Below, piece by piece: positions 58,449 to 64,000 of a stretch of 64,000 bases of DNA. Below the pieces are notes generated by a model that had not been told where the DNA came from, did not search any database, and saw only the letters and a program-made list of their open reading frames with translations. The translations under genes and the position numbers were made by a program. The DNA is from a virus (lineage: Duplodnaviria > Caudoviricetes): IMG/VR virus record IMGVR_UViG_3300014205_000010, positions 1 to 64,000 of that record. One strand, 5' to 3'. Every line of letters begins with the position of its first letter. Within the stretch, counting starts at the first letter, position 1.

Positions 58449-58631
58449 TTATTCCTTGCGCTTGTAGATATTTACGTTTGCATAAACTCCAGGTGCAACT
58501 TCCAGAGCGCTACCTGAAGAGCCAATAAGGATTGTCTTGCCACTAGCGGAAGGGCCAAGGTCCTTGCTCATGTCAATTTCAAGAATCAGCTTGTCGCCCT
58601 TAACACTGTGAGTAATATTTCTAGCTGCCAT
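58449..58631 (-). CDS. Small conserved-looking hypothetical protein
   Basis: GGAAGG RBS; KLILEIDMSKDLGPSASGKTILI. Confidence 0.7.
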   Translation of the reverse strand: MAARNITHSVKGDKLILEIDMSKDLGPSASGKTILIGSSGSALEVAPGVYANVNIYKRKE

Positions 58632-58661
58632 TTTTAATACCTTCCTGTAATAAAATATGAG

Positions 58662-58737
58662 TGGTGGGTCCGTCGGGATTCGAACCCGAAGCCTACGAAT
58701 TATGAGTTCGGTGCTCTGACCGTTGAGCTACGGACCC
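58662..58737 (-). tRNA. tRNA with CAT anticodon (probably Ile2; Met not excluded)
   Basis: GGGTCCG acceptor, CTCATAA loop, T arm, ACCA end; lacks initiator features. Confidence 0.9.
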
Positions 58738-58904
58738 ATAAACAGCCACAATGGTAATCATTGGTACATAATCCTCCGAAAGTGGTCGGTACACCTGTCC
58801 CATTGCACCTGTCCAAAAGAGCTGAGGTATTGGGCTGTCTCGAAAGACTTGAGATGCTCCGACCGCATCATCTTTCTACCCTTCACTCAGATAGTGGCTT
58901 GATA

Positions 58905-59059
58905 GATAGTAGCTGGGATTCGAACCCAGTTGTTCTGTCTCGTATCCACCAACAGAAATATCGAGAGCGAGCATCGAAATTTGTCCCATCGATTATAATA
59001 GGTATCTGCTGACTTGAACGGCCACCTCGACCTGTATGCAGCCATCTACTTCTACTATC
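58905..59059 (-). ncRNA. 155-nt tRNA-like RNA (acceptor stem + T arm, oversized interior)
   Basis: GATAGTAG/CTACTATC 8-bp stem stacked on CTGGG-TTCGAAT-CCCAG; begins 1 nt after the tRNA-Arg CCA. Confidence 0.5.
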
Positions 59060-59060
59060 A

Positions 59061-59136
59061 TGGTACCTCAGGTAGGACTCGAACCTACGGCCGACAGCTT
59101 AGAAGGCTGTTGCTCTATCCGCTGAGCTACTGAGGC
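59061..59136 (-). tRNA. tRNA-Arg (TCT)
   Basis: GCCTCAG acceptor, ACAGC-CTTCTAA-GCTGT, T arm, ACCA end. Confidence 0.95.
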
Positions 59137-59142
59137 ATCTGA

Positions 59143-59245
59143 ATCTGGGCTTAAAGCTAAGTTTGATATCGAAGCTTTACCAGGAGAAAAGAAACACGAC
59201 GTATTTTCACTCCGTTTTTTATCAAACTTAGCTTTAAGCCCAGAT
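59143..59245. repeat. Perfect 26-bp inverted repeat with 51-nt spacer
   Basis: ATCTGGGCTTAAAGCTAAGTTTGATA (59143-59168) and its exact reverse complement (59220-59245). Confidence 0.9.
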
Positions 59246-59258
59246 ATCATGTTTTTTT

Positions 59259-59474
59259 CTACGCTACTTGTCTTGATTCAGAGGTGATAGAAATCATGCA
59301 GTCTTTACAGGCATATATTGCTCCGGGGTTAATAACCTCCGGGGTCTCAATCCTGTATGCGAGGCAGCCTACGCATACTTCGCTATTACAAATTGCACAA
59401 GAGCCAAGACTCTCGTTTTCGAACCCTTCTTCCAGATTAAGTCCAAAGGGCATTCTACAACTTCTGCACTTCAT
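59259..59474 (-). CDS. Small zinc-finger protein (four CxxC)
   Basis: GGAGG RBS; CRSC, CAIC, CVGC, CKDC. Confidence 0.7.
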   Translation of the reverse strand: MKCRSCRMPFGLNLEEGFENESLGSCAICNSEVCVGCLAYRIETPEVINPGAIYACKDCMISITSESRQVA

Positions 59475-59498
59475 TTCGTCACCTCCGTATCGAGATGA

Positions 59499-60044
59499 TT
59501 AGTCTAAGTCGTCGTCCTCGTCGTCATCATCGTCGTCAAGGTCTTCATCATCGTCATCATCATCTTCGTCATCATCTTCGACAATTTCTTCGGGGTCTTC
59601 GTCCTCGTCGTCATCATCATCGTCGTCAGCTTCGTCGGTGGTTTCAACCACTTCAGCTGCCTTGCGAGTTCCACGAACTGCTCTTTCCTTCGGTTCGGCT
59701 TCAAGTTCATCAAGCGAAAGCTCGATGCGTTCTGCGCGGCGAAGAAGGAACTTTGCCATGGTAATATGATCTCGGTAAACCTTGATATCAGCTTCAACAG
59801 CCTCAACCTTACCTGTTGCATATGCCTTGAATTCATTGAGCGAGAGACGCATAGTCTCAGCAAACTTCTTACCAGTTTCTCTGAGATCTTCTACTGAAAA
59901 ATCTGGCTTCTTCTGTTCCTTTGGCTTAGGAGCAGCCTTTGCCGGAGTCTTTGCCGCAGCCTTAGTGGTTGTCTTTGCTGCTGCAGGCTTTGCAGCTGGC
60001 TTTGCCGCAGGCTTAGCTGCAGGCTTACGAGTAGTTGCCGCCAT
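59499..60044 (-). CDS. Bipolar protein: histone H1-like PAAK repeats, coiled coil, poly-Asp tail
   Basis: KPAA x4 at the N-terminus; ~45-residue D/E tail. Confidence 0.75.
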   Translation of the reverse strand: MAATTRKPAAKPAAKPAAKPAAAKTTTKAAAKTPAKAAPKPKEQKKPDFSVEDLRETGKKFAETMRLSLNEFKAYATGKVEAVEADIKVYRDHITMAKFLLRRAERIELSLDELEAEPKERAVRGTRKAAEVVETTDEADDDDDDDEDEDPEEIVEDDDEDDDDDDEDLDDDDDDEDDDLD

Positions 60045-60392
60045 TTTTTTTCTTCCCTTTTTCTAAATTTTCCATTTCCACCATTTCTGATGAAATTGGA
60101 AGTGTCATTAAGATAGTATAACTTCTCGATCTTGATGTACATAGCTAAATTCGGATTTAACGATTAGTTTACATTGACATCTGATAAGTAAAATCGGAGG
60201 GCCGATTTTCTGCAGCGACCGACAGTTTTATCGGTCGACGAAAAAGTTGAACCGGCCGGCCGCTGCAGACAAAATCGCGTCTATAAGGGAGGGGCCAGAA
60301 CTTCTAGAGAACCAGGAGCCACTGAGTACTTCGTGCCTTCACTTTCTCGAAATTTATCCGTCTAATTCTAGACGGTATCCACGATTCTACAG

Positions 60393-60521
60393 CTAAAGCA
60401 CAAGACCCAAGATCAAGAGAAGTAGCATGAACCATAACAGGATTCCAAGGCAGCCACCGCACCCGCATCCGTCATATTGATTGTTCTCGTTATGGATATT
60501 GACGACAACTGGCTTATCCAT
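60393..60521 (-). CDS. 42-aa membrane peptide (below ORF-track cutoff)
   Basis: MDKPVVVNIHNENNQYDGCGCGGCLGILLWFMLLLLILGLVL; start overlaps the upstream stop. Confidence 0.55.
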   Translation of the reverse strand: MDKPVVVNIHNENNQYDGCGCGGCLGILLWFMLLLLILGLVL

Positions 60522-60744
60522 GGGCAAAATTCTTGTGCCAAACCCAATCATTCAAAGCCCGCTCCCGGCTCGAAAAAAGCCCGGCGCCCTTAAGCTTACA
60601 TGTCGGACAAATCCACTTGAATCGTTCGATCACAAGAAATTCTGGTACTTCTATCTTTCCTTCACAGCGAGAGCATAGCATAGTACTTTGGCCGAAGCTA
60701 TTATCGAGGGTTACTCGACCCGTTCCATTACATTCAGGGCACAT
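60514..60744 (-). CDS. Small zinc-binding protein (DnaJ-type CxxCxGxG)
   Basis: AAGGAG RBS; CPECNGTG, CSRCEG, CPTC. Confidence 0.65.
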   Translation of the reverse strand: MCPECNGTGRVTLDNSFGQSTMLCSRCEGKIEVPEFLVIERFKWICPTCKLKGAGLFSSRERALNDWVWHKNFAHG

Positions 60745-60762
60745 CTTGAACTCCTTTCATTC

Positions 60763-60791
60763 ATCATATCCTCTCTTGGACCAAATGTAAA
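60763..60791 (-). promoter_or_regulatory. Leftward promoter TTTACA-N17-TATGAT
   Basis: Exact spacer; upstream of the RBS of the gene starting at 60744. Confidence 0.6.
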
Positions 60792-60882
60792 TTTACCTGA
60801 CAGTTCTTCACTTGTCTACCTATATATATACACATTAAACAGTTACATGAGATAAAAAATGTTGCTAGCTCTAGGGCAGCTA

Positions 60883-60911
60883 TATACTTCCTGATCAGGA
60901 TGTTATATGAT
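60883..60911 (+). promoter_or_regulatory. Rightward promoter TATACT-N17-TATGAT containing palindrome TCCTGATCAGGA
   Basis: Similar to 57556-57584; upstream of the gene at 60967. Confidence 0.55.
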
Positions 60912-60966
60912 AAATATGTTAAAGTGAACCTCAAAAAAACTTCACGGTTCACACTAGGAGAAAAAC

Positions 60967-61296
60967 ATGGAAACCGCAACCAAGTCCACGAATACGCAGC
61001 CCGCTGATAAGCCTCAGACTCCGGTCGAAGAGCCGAAGGCTGATGAGACCAAGGCCGAAAAACCGAAGAAGACTGAGCCTGTCATCAAGGAAAGCGTTGC
61101 TCTTTCCACTGCCAAGCAGAAGTTTCTTCAGCAGACTCGCAAGGCGGCCCAGGATTACCTCGTCGTCGTCGAAGCCGAATTCAATGCCGTTGAACCCGGT
61201 CATCCGCACTACAGCGGTCTGAAGTTTGCGAAGATTCGTGCAGAGCGCGTGATCTTCAGTTGCGACGAACTCAGCCGCGGCCAAATCAGCAAGTAA
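60967..61296 (+). CDS. Hypothetical early protein
   Basis: AGGAG RBS; GC3-rich codons. Confidence 0.7.
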   Translation: METATKSTNTQPADKPQTPVEEPKADETKAEKPKKTEPVIKESVALSTAKQKFLQQTRKAAQDYLVVVEAEFNAVEPGHPHYSGLKFAKIRAERVIFSCDELSRGQISK

Positions 61297-61386
61297 CAAC
61301 TTAGGTAGGTGCTAAACTCGGCTGGGTGTTCAGTTTGGTTAAATGGTTGCCCTCTCAACCAGCCTACCTAAAAGAGGAGAAACAAA

Positions 61387-61770
61387 ATGCCTAAGACATG
61401 GATGGTTACCAAAATCGGGTTCGACCCTATGTACTGGGTTGACTTTTTCGAAACTCAAAAGCAGGTCATTGACTTTCTTGCTGATCAGCGCAAGACTTAT
61501 CCCGATAAGTATTTTTATCGGGTTTCAAAATTTGTGCCTGAAAGCGAGCTCAGCAGCTTCGATCACAAGACTCCATGTTGTGGAATTCAGCTCAGTGAAG
61601 AAATTGACATGGCTGAATTCGCCAACTATACGATCGATTGCAGCTGTGGAAAAATCTTGATTGTCGTTGAAGATCATTTTGAGGACTTCCACATTCACAT
61701 GAATGCGAAAGACCCGCGATGGCCTGTCGATGGTAGTAACACCGGTTACATCGAAGTCAAGGAGGACTAG
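61387..61770 (+). CDS. Hypothetical protein (Cys cluster)
   Basis: GAGGAG RBS. Confidence 0.7.
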   Translation: MPKTWMVTKIGFDPMYWVDFFETQKQVIDFLADQRKTYPDKYFYRVSKFVPESELSSFDHKTPCCGIQLSEEIDMAEFANYTIDCSCGKILIVVEDHFEDFHIHMNAKDPRWPVDGSNTGYIEVKED

Positions 61771-62022
61771 ATGCTCTGGGAAATCATGGCGAAAATGCTT
61801 CGAGAACGTGGTGCAAGTTACCATGTCAATCCTCGAACAGACATCGTAGATGTCACAATGCCAGGAGGTAGGGTATTTGATTTTACCTTGCCTGCTGAAA
61901 AAGTCTTCAAGGAAGATTCCATGGAGTATATTCGTCCAGTTTATGGAGTTGACGATATGAACTGGGAATCAGAAACCGCTCCAACGAAGCATATTCGAAC
62001 AAAAGGACAGCATTGGATATGA
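61771..62022 (+). CDS. Hypothetical protein
   Basis: GGAGG RBS; abuts the upstream stop. Confidence 0.65.
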   Translation: MLWEIMAKMLRERGASYHVNPRTDIVDVTMPGGRVFDFTLPAEKVFKEDSMEYIRPVYGVDDMNWESETAPTKHIRTKGQHWI

Positions 62023-62216
62023 TGGTTAAATTCCAAGGAGGACCCAAGAACGGAACAACCGAAAGGGTTTTAGACGGAATTCAAACCATTTGGCTGGAAG
62101 AGTATCCTGGGAAGTATAGCCTCACGAATAGAGCTTTTTACCCGAAAGGCTCTATTCTGACAGTTATATTTGAATGGACTGATGATCCAGGCAATGTATT
62201 TACATCCGGCGCCTGA
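62013..62216 (+). CDS. Hypothetical protein (F.GGP.NG motif)
   Basis: KFQGGPKNG, a pattern common in small phage proteins. Confidence 0.6.
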   Translation: MDMMVKFQGGPKNGTTERVLDGIQTIWLEEYPGKYSLTNRAFYPKGSILTVIFEWTDDPGNVFTSGA

Positions 62217-62227
62217 TATATTATAAT
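62199..62227 (+). promoter_or_regulatory. Promoter TTTACA-N17-TATAAT for the helicase gene
   Basis: Near-consensus, exact spacer. Confidence 0.65.
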
Positions 62228-62276
62228 TAACTATACACTGCAAAAATACTCCAGTGTATATCAGGAGAAGGAAAGC

Positions 62277-63776
62277 GTGGAATATTCTGAGCAGCAGAAG
62301 GCCCTATTCGATTGGGTCAAAAACGGATCAGGATCTGCTGTCCTTGTCGCGGTCGCCGGCGCTGGTAAAACCACTTCTACGGTGGAAGCTACCAAGCGAA
62401 TGAGCGGCGATGTGGCATTCCTCGCCTATAACAAGGCGATCGCAGATGAGATCAAGGATCGAGTCAAGGAGCAGCGGAAGGTGGAGGCCGGTACCTTTCA
62501 TTCATTCGGTTTCAAAGCCTGGAAAAAGATTGCTCCTGCTTCTCAACTTCGCAACTTCAAACTGAAGGACATCGCCGAAGAAATGGGAGTACCGACCCTC
62601 TTTCGAGGCTTTGTTACGCAGGCAGTGTCTCTTGCAAAGCAATGGGGCATCGGCATCGACTGTCAGGTAGACAATTACACTCGGTGGCGAGAGTTGATAG
62701 AACACTTTGATCTTGAAGAAAAACTCTCAAACACCGATCAGCCCACTGATGCTCAAACGGTAGACGCTGCTATTGAGTACGCGATCGATGTGCTGAAAGC
62801 CTCAATCTCTTCCGCCGGAGAAATCATTGACTTTGATGACATGATCTACATGCCTCTCTACTCCAAGGCGAGGTTCTATCAGAGAGACTGGGTCATCATC
62901 GATGAGGCGCAGGATACCAATCCTACTCGACGAATGATGGCTCACAGACTCCTTCGCCCTGGTGGCCGCCTCATAGCAGTAGGAGACCCACACCAAGCAA
63001 TCTTTGGCTTCACTGGCGCCAACTCTGATTCCTTGGAGCTCATCAAGAATGAGTTCGATGCCATTGAACTTCCATTGACCACTACCTATCGCTGTCCGAA
63101 AGCGGTTGTAGAAGTGGCTCAACGGTATGTGAGTCATATCCAAGCTCACGAGTCTGCTCCAGACGGATTGTCCTCATCTATCACAATGGCAGATTTCGAT
63201 CTCCTCGATCGATTCGCACTGGATGAACACAGCGTCATTCTATGCCGCAACAACAAGCCTCTCGTTCAACTGGCTTATTCTCTCATTCGCCGAGACATTC
63301 CATGTCATATCGAAGGTAGAGACTTTGGTCTATCTCTTCTGAAGCTCGCTGAACGATGGTCATCGATAAGAAATCTTCAACTTCTTTCAGACAAACTCAA
63401 GGACTACCGGGACAAAGAAGTTGCTAAGCTTCTTGCCAAGAAGCAGGAATCAAAAGCTGACGCGCTCGACGATAAAGTCGAATGCCTGCTTTTCATCATC
63501 AACGTTATGCCGAGTGGAAGTACTACGGTAGATCTGAAGAAGAAAATCGAAAATCTCTTCGGAGATACACAAGACGGACGTCCTTCGAGGAATCTGACGC
63601 TCAGCTCGATTCACAAATCCAAGGGAAGAGAATGGAACAGGGTCTATTGGCTCGGGCCTAACTTCTATCAACCCTCGAAGTATGCCAAGCAGCAGTGGCA
63701 AAAGCAACAAGAGACGAATCTCTCATACGTCGCCGCTACGCGAGCCAAACAAGAGCTTGTAATCATTAACGTCTAA
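62277..63776 (+). CDS. UvrD/Rep-like superfamily 1 helicase
   Basis: AVAGAGKTT, TFHSFG, IIDEAQD, VGDPHQAIFGF, TYRCP, SIHKSKGREW, YVAATRAK. Confidence 0.93.
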   Translation: MEYSEQQKALFDWVKNGSGSAVLVAVAGAGKTTSTVEATKRMSGDVAFLAYNKAIADEIKDRVKEQRKVEAGTFHSFGFKAWKKIAPASQLRNFKLKDIAEEMGVPTLFRGFVTQAVSLAKQWGIGIDCQVDNYTRWRELIEHFDLEEKLSNTDQPTDAQTVDAAIEYAIDVLKASISSAGEIIDFDDMIYMPLYSKARFYQRDWVIIDEAQDTNPTRRMMAHRLLRPGGRLIAVGDPHQAIFGFTGANSDSLELIKNEFDAIELPLTTTYRCPKAVVEVAQRYVSHIQAHESAPDGLSSSITMADFDLLDRFALDEHSVILCRNNKPLVQLAYSLIRRDIPCHIEGRDFGLSLLKLAERWSSIRNLQLLSDKLKDYRDKEVAKLLAKKQESKADALDDKVECLLFIINVMPSGSTTVDLKKKIENLFGDTQDGRPSRNLTLSSIHKSKGREWNRVYWLGPNFYQPSKYAKQQWQKQQETNLSYVAATRAKQELVIINV

Positions 63777-63818
63777 TTTCAGATGGGAGAGAGCGGCTCC
63801 CACTAAAGGAGAAATAGA

Positions 63819-64000
63819 ATGGGAATGATGAAGGTTGAGAAAACTTACTATGTCTGTGATGCTTGTGAAATAGAGAGAGAGGAAAACCTCATTAAAGAAT
63901 GGGGTTATGTGTCATTTCTTTGTGGCAATCCAGAGACAATTCCTTCTATTTTCATGGAGAAAAGTTACAAACTGCTTTGTGATAATTGCCTGGCGAAGAT
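63819..64000 (+). CDS. Partial zinc-finger-like protein, runs off the right edge
   Basis: AAGGAG RBS; CDAC...CDNC. Confidence 0.55.
   Translation, partial: MGMMKVEKTYYVCDACEIEREENLIKEWGYVSFLCGNPETIPSIFMEKSYKLLCDNCLAK

Noticed and set aside
1-64000. Prophage status or alternative genetic code
   Set aside because: No integrase, att site or host genes seen; long genes are intact in the standard code and TAA, TAG and TGA all serve as stops.

Overview
The window is a continuous piece of an AT-rich (by eye roughly 35-40% GC) tailed dsDNA phage genome with a long non-contractile tail (tail tube, frameshifted chaperone, 1791-aa tape measure, no sheath). No integrase or repressor is visible. Layout: (1) 1-2381 (-) Ser/Thr-rich virion-like genes, divergent from the terminase. 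(2) 2497-37823 (+) TerS, TerL and a Mu-type portal, then an ~11 kb island of six SAM-methyltransferase-fold genes and five glycosyltransferase genes inserted between portal and protease, followed by head, tail and membrane/holin genes. (3) 37908-60744 (-) sigma factor, RuvC, Cas4-like nuclease, atypical C5-methyltransferase, homing endonuclease, RecA, Dcd and DnaE; a cytosine-hypermodification cassette (dCMP-type thymidylate-synthase homologue, GT-B, NMP kinase, radical SAM, UDG-like, dNTP pyrophosphatase); SSB, primase, DnaB and an SF2 helicase; three tRNAs (Leu-TAA, Ile2/Met-CAT, Arg-TCT) interleaved with unexplained structured RNAs. (4) 60967-64000 (+) GC-richer putative early genes including a UvrD-like helicase. 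The best candidates for new biology are the radical-SAM-containing glycosyl-hydroxymethylcytosine pathway and the methyltransferase/glycosyltransferase island in the head module. All functional calls come from motif recognition by eye; no searches or folding programs were run.
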